A DNA stretch of 63,122 bases, filler included, from Licmophora abbreviata (lineage: Eukaryota): the NCBI GenBank assembly GCA_900291995.1. It is 11 parts of 11 records of this genome, joined end to end, with 100 filler letters (N's around TTAATTAATTAA, not from the genome) between each part and the next. Parts side by side here need not be neighbours in the genome. Positions count along the whole stretch, not along the records: positions 1 to 23,262 come from OLMU01000869.1; 10 more parts are not named here. One strand, given 5' to 3'. Below the pieces are notes generated by a model, which was not told the origin of the DNA, did no database searches, and worked only from the letters and a program-made list of their open reading frames with translations. Shown one piece after another: positions 9,879-19,967 of the stretch. Position 1 is the first letter of the stretch. Each line of letters opens with the position of its first letter. A program made the position numbers and the translations under genes.

Positions 9879-12800
9879 TTATGCATCCGTTGGCTGTGGG
9901 AGGAAGAGGACTGGTAGGTCTACGAAACTTGGTGCGCGAGGGATCATCTTGCGTCGGACGGGGTTTCCAATACTGTAATCAGTCGAGGTGCCGGTGACGA
10001 CTCCATGTTCTTCGAGAGCCTCTTGAACGACGCGTTCCAATCCAATGACTCTGTTCGCGTCGACCACTAGATCGTCGGAGGCCGCCTCAAAAGGAACCAC
10101 CATCTCGTCAGTGAAGATATCCGACATGATGCAATCCATTAAGCCCTGCCAGTCCCCAGGTGCAAGATTTCGTGACTCCCAAAACTTGACAATGTCAGAA
10201 GTGGTTTCTCGGGTAAAGTACCGTTCCAGGTAGAACTTCTTGACGACGTGTGTAGCTCTAGGCGTGAAGGCATCGAGCTCATGGGCTATCATGCGTATCC
10301 GCGGGTTACCCCGAACGCCTTGAAGGAGAGCTCGGTACTGACGCTCCGTCTCTGCGAGTCTTCCAAACCGGTTAAGATCGTCGCGATGGGATGCCTCCGC
10401 TTTCGAAAGCGCGTTAGCCACAACACGAATGTCCTGAAGCCTCATGGTACGGCCACTATCCTCTTGGACACGCTGCTCCAAACATCGTCTTGGTTCTCGA
10501 AGGTCCGAGTACATTTCCTGTTGGGCGGACACTAGCTCTTGTTGTGATAGAAAGGCTAGGAGCGCTAGAATCGCAGTATCGGCATCGATCACCACGAACG
10601 GATTCTTCATGCCCGGACCACTGGTTGACCAGAAGAAACCTTCGGCTCGTGTTGGTACCTCGGCACGTTTCAGCAGAGCTGTCATGAGAAAATGCCACGT
10701 CCGGTTCCACGCATGACGAATCTCACCACCCACAGCAACGGTAGCGCCCTTGAGCACGTGAAAGACTCCGCGAACGGTCGACAGAAGCATATTTGGAAGC
10801 CCAAACAGGTTCCGAAACAATGGAGCCTTTCCCTGTTTACCGATATCCAGGTCAAGGTCGTAGACAAAAGCGTTGAAAAGGCAGCGACCTACGTTGCCAA
10901 TGAGACTCCAGACGGGGGCGGTCAAGATGGCTAGACTAGCTCCGCTGACAACCACAAGCGTCTCGAGACCTGTGAAGCAAACCACGAGAGCCCCGCCCAG
11001 ACCAACTCCAACAGACGTCCAAAAGTGAGCCCAGCACATGTCGAGATACACTCCATCGCGAAGTCGGATAATGTGCTCGCCCCTTCGAGCCTGTCCAATC
11101 GTTTCCACTTTCCAATCCAAAAGCGTCGACAACCGTCCACGGAGGGTACGAATGGAAGTAGTCTCGAACTCTCCCGTCGTATGGTTTACAGAGGCAAGGC
11201 GAATCTCGAAGCTCAAGCGGAACAGGTTCCATCGCCGTATGGCAATGGATGCCTTGTTCACCAAAAAGAATGATGAATTCCAGATCCAGCTACAGTAGCG
11301 TAGTCCAAATGTCCCCCAACGCCACAGTGGTACCGAAGATCGAACCTGGACGGTGCGAAGGAGCTGAAGCTCATAGAACGCCTCACCCCGTGCTCTCTGC
11401 CGTCGCTTCACCGTCCATCGGCTTGGAACCTTCAGAAAGCCAAGATTGACCACACCTGGGCTACGCGCTGCTTCAAAACCTTTCTTGAGCTCCTTCAGAA
11501 CTTCGCTTCGTTGAAACTCGTCCTGCGAGTCGATGAGCAGCGCCAACTCGTTCAGATCATTCTCCATCAATGCATCACGGACACTGACGGACAGGGAAAT
11601 GGGCTCCGCCACTTTTGCGGAAACCGCGGCAAGCTCTCGAGCCTCAAATTTCGCACTCGTAGCTTTCAAGGGATGAGATACCTTCCAAAGCTGTAGCTGT
11701 CGGTCGATTGTGTCTTTTCGACTCTGTTGCCGCTCTCTTACTACCGGAGCCACTAGCATTCGTGCCCGTTCCTCCTTCAGCACTGTCCCCGTGAGGTCAG
11801 GAAGCGACGAGAGTCTGTCGATGTCATCTCTTCTGCGTTCAAGAGCGCTCAGATAGGCGTCGCACCACATTTTCAAGTACTTTTCGATCGCATCGCTTTC
11901 ATCCGTAGTCCGACTCCACGAAGCGATGACTGCCATACGCTGCGCTTCAATCCTGGTTTCCGTCACTTGTCGAGCGTCGTCCAAGATGCGACGGAGACGT
12001 GTACGTATGGGAGGAACCGAGGTGCGAAAGTCAAGGATCCCACGCATTGGATGCTCAAAGAGAACGGGGAATCGATGGGTAAGCGATGGGTCTCCGTGAT
12101 GTTGGCGAGTTACTTCAGACGCCATCAGAGTGAACCCCTCCGACTTCTGAAGCCATTGAAAGTATTCTTTCGCACATTCTCCGTCTATCTCACTTCGCCT
12201 GTACTTTGGAAAGTTTGTCGGTATCAACCCTGTCAGTCGGTTTGCCGTGATAGAAAGTCCCGAAATAAACTGCGACAGTCCCAACGCGACGCTTTGGTCT
12301 CGCCCTATGAGAGTTGATGGCAAGTCGACACTCCACTGGTATAGACTCTCGGCCCACGCCTCGTACTTCCATCTTCGAATCTTCTCACGACCCGGATACC
12401 ATTGAAATACAATGTCAAAATCGCCACGTGTGTAGATACCTGTTTGCTTTAATTTCGAAAAGGCATCCTGATCCTGCGCCAGAGTCAGACGCCTATTGCC
12501 GTCAGCAGCATCGTAGGCAATATTTGCCAGATCGATTCGATGTTGCGGGATGAATGTTTCGAGATGAAAGTGCTCGTCGTTGCGAAATAGCGGTGTCGGT
12601 AGCTGGAAACGTAGATTCGTCTGAATGGTTATGTCCCGAGTCAATCTCTCCACAAAGTCCTTCATGTAAGTCTGAACGCCTGGGGGGAGCTGTACTCGAC
12701 TTTGCAATGCAATAGTATCATAGTCCTTCAGCAAGGGCGTAGGTAGCGCAGTGATCTCGTCGATCCTTTGAATGACAGACTGATCTTCAGACGAGAGCTC

Positions 12801-12938
12801 ATGGAGATCCCAGACTCTCTCGGGAAGACTCCGATTGGGATCTTGACTCGCCGCACCACTCGGTACGTCCAAGTCCAGCATCCACCTCAATTGACCGGCT
12901 GTCAGTTTGTAGGAGGACATGGCCATACTGCTGCTCAT
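9879..12938 (-). CDS. Uncharacterised 1019-aa protein with coiled-coil and central hydrophobic segments
   Basis: Long intact ORF; hydrophobic stretch VGVGLGGALVVCFTGLETLVVVSGASLAILTAPVWSL; no family I can name. Confidence 0.75.
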   Translation of the reverse strand: MSSSMAMSSYKLTAGQLRWMLDLDVPSGAASQDPNRSLPERVWDLHELSSEDQSVIQRIDEITALPTPLLKDYDTIALQSRVQLPPGVQTYMKDFVERLTRDITIQTNLRFQLPTPLFRNDEHFHLETFIPQHRIDLANIAYDAADGNRRLTLAQDQDAFSKLKQTGIYTRGDFDIVFQWYPGREKIRRWKYEAWAESLYQWSVDLPSTLIGRDQSVALGLSQFISGLSITANRLTGLIPTNFPKYRRSEIDGECAKEYFQWLQKSEGFTLMASEVTRQHHGDPSLTHRFPVLFEHPMRGILDFRTSVPPIRTRLRRILDDARQVTETRIEAQRMAVIASWSRTTDESDAIEKYLKMWCDAYLSALERRRDDIDRLSSLPDLTGTVLKEERARMLVAPVVRERQQSRKDTIDRQLQLWKVSHPLKATSAKFEARELAAVSAKVAEPISLSVSVRDALMENDLNELALLIDSQDEFQRSEVLKELKKGFEAARSPGVVNLGFLKVPSRWTVKRRQRARGEAFYELQLLRTVQVRSSVPLWRWGTFGLRYCSWIWNSSFFLVNKASIAIRRWNLFRLSFEIRLASVNHTTGEFETTSIRTLRGRLSTLLDWKVETIGQARRGEHIIRLRDGVYLDMCWAHFWTSVGVGLGGALVVCFTGLETLVVVSGASLAILTAPVWSLIGNVGRCLFNAFVYDLDLDIGKQGKAPLFRNLFGLPNMLLSTVRGVFHVLKGATVAVGGEIRHAWNRTWHFLMTALLKRAEVPTRAEGFFWSTSGPGMKNPFVVIDADTAILALLAFLSQQELVSAQQEMYSDLREPRRCLEQRVQEDSGRTMRLQDIRVVANALSKAEASHRDDLNRFGRLAETERQYRALLQGVRGNPRIRMIAHELDAFTPRATHVVKKFYLERYFTRETTSDIVKFWESRNLAPGDWQGLMDCIMSDIFTDEMVVPFEAASDDLVVDANRVIGLERVVQEALEEHGVVTGTSTDYSIGNPVRRKMIPRAPSFVDLPVLFLPQPTDA

Positions 12939-13420
12939 GATGGTGATGATCTCCTTGTAGAATCATTCGAGTCATCTTATGAGATTGAATGCTCCAGTCG
13001 TGGTGTCTCTGGTCATCATCTGCGGATCAACCAGGAACAATGAGGAGACGTCTCATCGTGACAGCTCTCGCCGTCACCGCGATGAGTCGTGGGCGCGTAT
13101 CTTTTTTTCTGTTCGCGTCTGTTCGAAAGATCCAAATGACCAAGTCAATGTCATGACATACTTTTAATAAAATGTGAATTGATATATCTCAAAACGTGAA
13201 ATAGTCATCCTTTGTCGGCCATTGAAATTCGCCCCTCGAGAACGACGACCACAGCGGCGACGACGAGAGATATCATTCATGATCCTCTGTCACACACGAC
13301 GATTGGTCTCTCGCGTTGTTGCTGTCATCGCCATCTTTGTTTCCTGAAGGAGTTGTAACACCCCTCATTACGCCCATCAGATTGCGCACAGCTTCGTTCG
13401 ATCAAAACTACATACATACA

Positions 13421-13795
13421 ATGGGAAACGGACCGGGAGCCCGTAAGTTCGGAGCGCGCTCCAAGATCAAGAAATACAAGCGCAAGACATGGCTGTGCAA
13501 TCGCGCCAAGGACACGGATCAGATACAGGACGAAATTCAAAAGTCCAAGGAGTCAGGAACACCCATTTCGTTCCAATATGACGATGAGCTTCCCGGAGGA
13601 GGACAGTTTTACTGTGTCGAGACAGGAAAGCACTTTGCGGACGCACGGGCGTTGGCAGACCACAAGAAAAGTCGGTATTATAAGAGAAGGTGTAAAGAGT
13701 TGAAGGAAGAACAATATACACAACATGAAGCGGAGTGGGCGTCGGGAATGTCGAAGGAAAAGCTCCCGCCGGCGCATCCGAAACAAATAAAGTGA
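13421..13795 (+). CDS. ZNF593: Zinc finger protein 593/Bud20 (pre-60S ribosome factor)
   Basis: DQIQDE...DELPGGGQFYCVETGKHF...HKKSRYYKRRCKELKEEQYTQHEAEWASG. Confidence 0.9.
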   Translation: MGNGPGARKFGARSKIKKYKRKTWLCNRAKDTDQIQDEIQKSKESGTPISFQYDDELPGGGQFYCVETGKHFADARALADHKKSRYYKRRCKELKEEQYTQHEAEWASGMSKEKLPPAHPKQIK

Positions 13796-14273
13796 AATAA
13801 AAATGTGCATGAACTCCAAAGTTACCGTATAGATGCTATAGTGAGGTCGACTTTGGGAATGTTCGCATGTCATCTTCGAGTATCGCTTGAAAGCCCATCG
13901 ATCGTATTAAGAACGCATGCTTCCAAACAGCGTCGAAGAGAAAACAAAACGGCTCGTCGAACGCTTCTAGGGCAACGGCAGGCCGGCCAAACCCAGGATG
14001 TCGGTGCACCTCGTAGCTTCCATTTCTTCGTCTTGTAGACGCTTTCCCGAGCAGTTCATGATGCACAAGCATGATCAGACTGCCATCAGGATGCATCGTC
14101 ACTTTTATAAACGTTGCCGCCGAAACTGATGTCTTCGGAGCGCAAGCAAACATGTTGGTCGATCCAAAAGCGCCAACCTTTGCACCGGTAGTCTAGATTC
14201 TCTCCACGGTGTTCATTGTCAAGACGAGCTAGATATCATTCCTACGAGGTTGCAGTAGAGCATCATGCCGCTT

Positions 14274-15036
14274 TCAGGAGGTTTTATTTGCCTTGGCTTC
14301 TTCGGGCGCTCTCAAATCCATATATCGATTGATGATTCCGACGTCAATGTCGCATATCTCTGGAATCGTTGCGCTGCAGAAGGCAAATCAAGCAGATAAT
14401 ATTTAAGTTCACGGACATAAACACTAATCTCATTAGATCATTAGAGGCTGCGACCACCACGTACTCATTTTCGTTCCCACCAAAAGCCGAAATCAAGTTC
14501 TTCTCGTCGATTCGAATGGGAGGGGCGCGAGAATGGTCGTCCCAAACCGTATCTATTGAGTCTACGCTGGGAGTCGAAAGTATGTTGAGCGCAGCGTACA
14601 AGATCGGGGCCGCAACAAACGCGCACAGGAGCGATGTGGGAATGTATATGGCCCAAGACTGATCCGGGTAGTACGTAATATCCCTACATGGACAGAGTGA
14701 CCGAAGATGGAACTGTGAGTATAAAGCGATTGTAGATGTCCCATTACTTTCTGAGAAGCAACACACTGACCAAGAGTGTAAAGTTTCTTCCGAAAGCAAC
14801 GCCCACATCATATACAGTGCAGCGATAGCTATGCACAAAAGATGAAGGACGAAGCCACACGTCTGGTGCAGCATGTTTAAAAGAGGTGAAAGGAAGCAAA
14901 CACATGAGTAAGAAAGGAGGCCCAAAATTTACTGAAACTCGAGACAGTCTGAAATTGATAAAACACACACCTCAACACTGGATCCGTCTCGGGCCCTCAC
15001 ATGGATCGGCTCTAGAGATTGCGGTGCAGTCGCCAT
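14274..15036 (-). CDS. PIGP: GPI-GlcNAc transferase subunit P (multi-exon)
   Basis: Spliced reading ...SVE/TCGFV...LYMMWAL...DITYYPDQSWAIYIP...IPEICDIDVGIINR fits the PIG-P pattern; ATG 15036, TGA 14274. Confidence 0.75.
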
Positions 15037-15348
15037 CGTGATGCTTTCGTTGTGTGCGCACACACCATCATCGTGGCATGGTCAATGTGCCGAGATCCGC
15101 GATGTGCCGATTTATTGTGTGTGTGGGCATTCTGTGCGTCTGTGCGTCGTCGCGATTTTGTCAAAGAACGGGACTCAATATCAGAATTCGGGACTGGTTC
15201 CACGTGTTCCCATCTGTACATTTCGTACAGAGTTCTACGTGATGACCTCACACACGACTGATGTGCAAGCACGACTGAGATACCTTTCTCCTTCCCGCAC
15301 AAAACCGGGAACGCAGCCGCGACTCAACTCTGGAAATTCATCGCTGCA

Positions 15349-17238
15349 ATGCCCCTCATTCAACGACCCATCCTCTCCCTGGTGCTGCTCTGTGTAACGG
15401 CTGAAGCTATTGGAGCAAGAGAAACTTGCATCGATTCCAAAAGAAAAATGGCCGAACCCAACCCTCCGCAGTGGCCGGACACGGTACACATCCTTCGCGA
15501 CACGGACGATCCCAATACTATCTTGCAGACCGTCAAGGCGACGGAGGACGGATGGAACGAAGAATATCAAGCTTACACATGCGACCATCACTTTTCCTCC
15601 CGTCGACATGCGCTCCTATTCGCACCGGGAACCTATCATAATTTGGACTTTGAAGTCGGCTACTACGTTCAAGTCGCAGGCTTAGGTGTCTCTCCGGACG
15701 ACGTCCAGTTTCGCGATTGCGAGAAAGGTCCGCATGTTCCTGCTGTCAATCATCATGTTCATCCGAACGGTACGAGTCTTGACACATTCTGGCGTAGCGC
15801 CGAGAACTTCGCGTCGTATGCAAGTAAAGGCATGCGTTGGGCTGTCAGTCAGGCAGCTCCGTTGCGTCGAGTTCATGTCGTGAATGATTTGTATCTCTTT
15901 GAAGGCTCTGCCTATGCCAGTGGTGGACACTTGGCGAATGCACAGGTTGATGGTGTGACCTACTTCGGCGGGCAGCAGCAGTGGTTGAGTAGAAATGTAC
16001 ATTTCGGAAATGGTCTCGAGGGTGGCGCGTGGAGTCTGGTCTTTGTCGGTTGCACGGGTGACACACCCGCGCCAGCACCTGGTAGTGATTGCGACCCCTC
16101 CATTACTGTGACGGAAGCTCCTCGAATCCGCATGGAAAAGCCGTACATTGCGCTCCAGAGTGATGGTATCAAATTTGACTTACGCGTGCCGAAGCCTTTG
16201 CGTAGTGGAAAGGCTACGGGACCATTGTTCGATGGATCGTTTGAAGAAGTACGTGATTTCTCGCTAGTCTATGTCGCAACGGCTACAAATTCTGTTGTAA
16301 ACCAAGAGCTGCAGACGGCGCTTGATACAGGCAAGGATGTAGTGCTGGCTCCAGGAATTTTTCACCTGACCAAGACTCTCCACGTGCAACATGAGAATCA
16401 GGTAATTCTTGGACTTGGCCTTGCTACCCTGGTCGCGCCATCGGACGGGTCACCATGCGTCCATGTCGCATCCTCTACTCCCGGCGTGCGCATTGCGGGT
16501 GTCATGTTGGAAGCCGCTGTACGAGACAGTGACATCACTACAGCTTCAGAGTCTTCTCTTCTGGAATGGGGCGAGAAGGGCGTGAACGATGCTGGTATTT
16601 CGGGAAATCCAGGTGGTCTTTTTGATATTTTCTGCCGTGTCGGAGGTGCCACGACGGGTGCACGTGATCAGATATACGTGGATACAATGATGCGCCTGCA
16701 TTCGGGTAATGTCGTTGGTGATAATCTCTGGCTCTGGCGTGCTGATCACGGAGAAGTCAGTGAAGGCGGAAAGGTTAATTACCCTCACATCTCTCCTTTG
16801 TTTCATCAAAGCGAGGAACATGAGTTTAGAGTCGAGACTGGCGTGGAGGTGAACGGCGACAATGTAATTTTCTACGGTTTGGCAGTCGAGCATGCCAACG
16901 GCCATCAGACGGTGTGGAATGGAGAACGAGGCGAGGTTCACTTTTACCAGTGTGAGCTTCCGTACGGTGTTGGGCAACGGAGTTTTGGAGATGTTGGCTA
17001 CATCGGCTTTCTGATTGGCGAGCATGTTGAAGAACACTCGTTGCTGGGCGCTGGAGTCTACTCCAACTTTCGGAATGAGGAAGTTAATGTGACCACTGCA
17101 ATAAAGCATCCCGACAAGTCTGGAATTCACTGCGTGAACCCATTCATCGTCCGGCTGGACAACAACGGCACCATTCAATCGATCGTAAACGGAAGCGGCG
17201 CGGCCGCATCGGCGAAGGGCAAACCTACTCGATTGTAG
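15349..17238 (+). CDS. Secreted GH55-like exo-beta-1,3-glucanase (bacterial/actinomycete type)
   Basis: Signal peptide; motifs TFWRSAEN, WAVSQAAPLRRVHV, QQQWLSRN, WLWRADH, GLAVEH, FYQCELPY. Confidence 0.8.
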   Translation: MPLIQRPILSLVLLCVTAEAIGARETCIDSKRKMAEPNPPQWPDTVHILRDTDDPNTILQTVKATEDGWNEEYQAYTCDHHFSSRRHALLFAPGTYHNLDFEVGYYVQVAGLGVSPDDVQFRDCEKGPHVPAVNHHVHPNGTSLDTFWRSAENFASYASKGMRWAVSQAAPLRRVHVVNDLYLFEGSAYASGGHLANAQVDGVTYFGGQQQWLSRNVHFGNGLEGGAWSLVFVGCTGDTPAPAPGSDCDPSITVTEAPRIRMEKPYIALQSDGIKFDLRVPKPLRSGKATGPLFDGSFEEVRDFSLVYVATATNSVVNQELQTALDTGKDVVLAPGIFHLTKTLHVQHENQVILGLGLATLVAPSDGSPCVHVASSTPGVRIAGVMLEAAVRDSDITTASESSLLEWGEKGVNDAGISGNPGGLFDIFCRVGGATTGARDQIYVDTMMRLHSGNVVGDNLWLWRADHGEVSEGGKVNYPHISPLFHQSEEHEFRVETGVEVNGDNVIFYGLAVEHANGHQTVWNGERGEVHFYQCELPYGVGQRSFGDVGYIGFLIGEHVEEHSLLGAGVYSNFRNEEVNVTTAIKHPDKSGIHCVNPFIVRLDNNGTIQSIVNGSGAAASAKGKPTRL

Positions 17239-17354
17239 GTATTCAGTTACAAAATTGACGCCCATTCGTCCCCGTCAACTTAGATTAACTTGTTATATAC
17301 GAACACTTCCACATCAATGTTTAAATCCATGCCCCGCGCTGATAAGCAACAAGA

Positions 17355-19436
17355 TCAAATTTCAGCCGACTCGGACTCAGCCATAGTCTTTCCTTCCGGA
17401 GCCTCGCCCTTCTTCGACGCCGAATCTCCGCCATCCCTCGGCATGATACTGCGAAGCGCTTCCGATGTCGCGCGATAAAGCTCAGGGTTCGTGTACATCG
17501 ACAAAGTTGGAGCTCCATTCAACTCTGACTTGGCTTGATCGCGCTCTTCGTTTGACTTTTCACGAAGCGCTTGACTCGCCTTTTCAGCAGCTTTCTGGTC
17601 CCCGATGTCGCACCATTTACCTGTCTTTTCATCCTTCCTTAGAAATCGACCAGGTGGTTCGCTGTTGCGGATGGCCTTGACAATGAGCTTAGCCACAGCC
17701 GGCTTGTGGATCTTGGGAACTTTCTGATAGTCGGGCTTGTGGAGTGCGATGATGTCGCGAAAGCGACGATTGCCGATGTGGTGGTTCGTCATGCCCCCAC
17801 GACCGCAAAGGATATCATTGTCAGTCACGAGAAGGTTGCCTTCTTCGTCAACTGTCTTCATGTTACCGGTGAAGCCGCTCCCCTGTTCCTTCTTGCCTCC
17901 CTTTTTGGCCTTGCCACCCGTTTCCCCCTTTCTGACCATCTGCGTTGCTGCGTTGTACTCGTCGATGGGAGGAATCTTTGGAGAGGCAATGGGAGGCAGA
18001 TGGCGAGAGGCCATGCGTTCAATTTCGGCGGGGGTCAATGGAGAAAGTTGCTTTCCCTTAGTGAGACCAGTCAAACGCAGCTTGTGGGGTGGCGGACTCC
18101 CCGCAATTCCCGAAGCCGCACGCTTCTTGTCGCCGCTGCTGAACTTCTTCTCGGCCTTTTCTTCTGCCGACCTCTCACGTAAAGCTTGCGATGTCTTTTC
18201 GGCGGCCGTCTTGTCGCCTACGTCATACCAGAGGCCGTTAGTGTCCTTCCTGAGGAATCGACCCGGCGGAGATCCACAGCGGATGGCCCGAACGATGCGA
18301 CGAGAGACATTCGGTTTTTCGACCTTGATGGCGTGCTTGTAGTCTTCACGGTGGAGCGAGATGACATCGCGGTAGCGACGATTACCGGGATGGTTGTTCG
18401 TCAGACCACCACGACCAAACAGCACGTCATGCACAGTCGGTTCATCTACGGGCGTCAAGGAGGGGTTGGCATACTCTAGGGACGGATAGCTCTCCATATC
18501 AAGGAGCGGGTGTCCCTTGGAAATCTCGTCTTCTCGCTTGAGGATACTGTCAAACAAGAGAAAGAGAATAAACTCAGCTGTAAAGGACTTTTCGATTTCC
18601 TTCAACTGAATCTTCTCAATCGTCCCCGACTGTTCCAGCACGCGCACGTTGGACTCAGCCATTCGATCGGCGATGCTCAAGGCTGCCTCGGCACGACGCG
18701 ACCCACTAGTCTTGATCCAGAGCTTGTTGCGCGACAAGAAACGACCAATCTCGCTGATGAGATGCGTCGCACCAGTGCGATTGATGGGAGTGTGCTCCAC
18801 GGCCTCCTCTCGCTTGACAAGCACTACATCGTCAACCGACGGAACGAAGGCGCTGTTGGAGGCAACTGCCGCAGCGGACTTGCTGTCTTCATCTGCATTC
18901 GATTTGGCCGTTTCGTCCCCTACGCTGGCAGCATCCACCGCCGTCTTCTTCAAGCTTTCATGAGCCAAAAGTTGCTCGGCGAATTCCTTTTGCACAAACT
19001 CGACGACCTCCTTTTCTTCAACAGCAACCCAGTCCGACTTGTCTCCTTTGGTGACAAAGTTTCCTTCGCCGTCGACGAAGGGATGTGGAGGCGAGTCGAC
19101 CTTGGCCGGAAACGTGTGCATGCACCCCTGCTTCATGATTTGAACAATGTGCTTTGCCGTCTTGGGATCCAGCTCCTTGCTCTTGCTCTTCTTACTGGTA
19201 GTTCGGAGCAAGACGTGAAGCTGCAAAAGATCGCGAAGCAAGACGTTCCCAGTATGATCGTGCGGAACATCATTATCGCCCACGACAATGTCTTGGCGGT
19301 TGGTGGGCGTAGCCGTTTTTTCTGGTGCAGCAGGAGCCGGCGATGCTTCTGGTGCGACCATGGCAGGTGTGGTGGTTTTGCTGGCGCTCAGAGGACCGTC
19401 AAAGAACATAGACGAGACGAGGCTTCGCAAGTTCAT
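17355..19436 (-). CDS. DUF6824-repeat protein (diatom-expanded family)
   Basis: Two intact copies (DVLFGRGGLTNNHPGNRRYR...GRFL...EKTSQALRE and DILCGRGGMTNHHIGNRRFR...EKASQALRE) plus two degenerate N-terminal copies. Confidence 0.8.
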   Translation of the reverse strand: MNLRSLVSSMFFDGPLSASKTTTPAMVAPEASPAPAAPEKTATPTNRQDIVVGDNDVPHDHTGNVLLRDLLQLHVLLRTTSKKSKSKELDPKTAKHIVQIMKQGCMHTFPAKVDSPPHPFVDGEGNFVTKGDKSDWVAVEEKEVVEFVQKEFAEQLLAHESLKKTAVDAASVGDETAKSNADEDSKSAAAVASNSAFVPSVDDVVLVKREEAVEHTPINRTGATHLISEIGRFLSRNKLWIKTSGSRRAEAALSIADRMAESNVRVLEQSGTIEKIQLKEIEKSFTAEFILFLLFDSILKREDEISKGHPLLDMESYPSLEYANPSLTPVDEPTVHDVLFGRGGLTNNHPGNRRYRDVISLHREDYKHAIKVEKPNVSRRIVRAIRCGSPPGRFLRKDTNGLWYDVGDKTAAEKTSQALRERSAEEKAEKKFSSGDKKRAASGIAGSPPPHKLRLTGLTKGKQLSPLTPAEIERMASRHLPPIASPKIPPIDEYNAATQMVRKGETGGKAKKGGKKEQGSGFTGNMKTVDEEGNLLVTDNDILCGRGGMTNHHIGNRRFRDIIALHKPDYQKVPKIHKPAVAKLIVKAIRNSEPPGRFLRKDEKTGKWCDIGDQKAAEKASQALREKSNEERDQAKSELNGAPTLSMYTNPELYRATSEALRSIMPRDGGDSASKKGEAPEGKTMAESESAEI

Positions 19437-19967
19437 TCACTATCGAAGCAATCCCGTAAGACTCAGTAGAGTTTCTACACGGGAAAGGAAATTCAGAAGT
19501 AGTCAGTTTCACGATGTCCTATTTCTCTTGTTCTTCGCCGTTTCACAAGCAATTCCTTTCGTCACGTTATCTTATTCACTTCAATAGACTTACCAAGAGC
19601 GGAAATGGAAGAATCTGATAAGACGTGAGTGCAAACAAAGGACCGTCGAAACGAATGGTGACGAGTCACGCGTTGAGATGAGCCGGGACCAGCAAATTTC
19701 ACTGATGATTGGCGAGAGCCATCAGTCACGAATAAGGGAGACATTAACAGGCTTAAGTACCAAAATGTCATTCCGCTTCCTAGTCATCTAAATGGATTGC
19801 TTTGTTTGATACATATTATTTCGCTGAATTTCACGCTTCTTCGGATTTAGGAAAAGCTATGATACCGTTAGGACAACCTTACTCAAATACCTGGTGAGCC
19901 TCCATGAAGTAAGTCTCGTAAGCCTACAAAATAGAAAAGGCACTGCTAGTACGACGTTGTAAACTGG

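Noticed and set aside
18510..19469. 319-aa antisense ORF, and the many similar 60-240 aa shadow ORFs
   Set aside because: They lie opposite or out of frame to well-supported genes, lack motifs, and are expected at ~50% GC.
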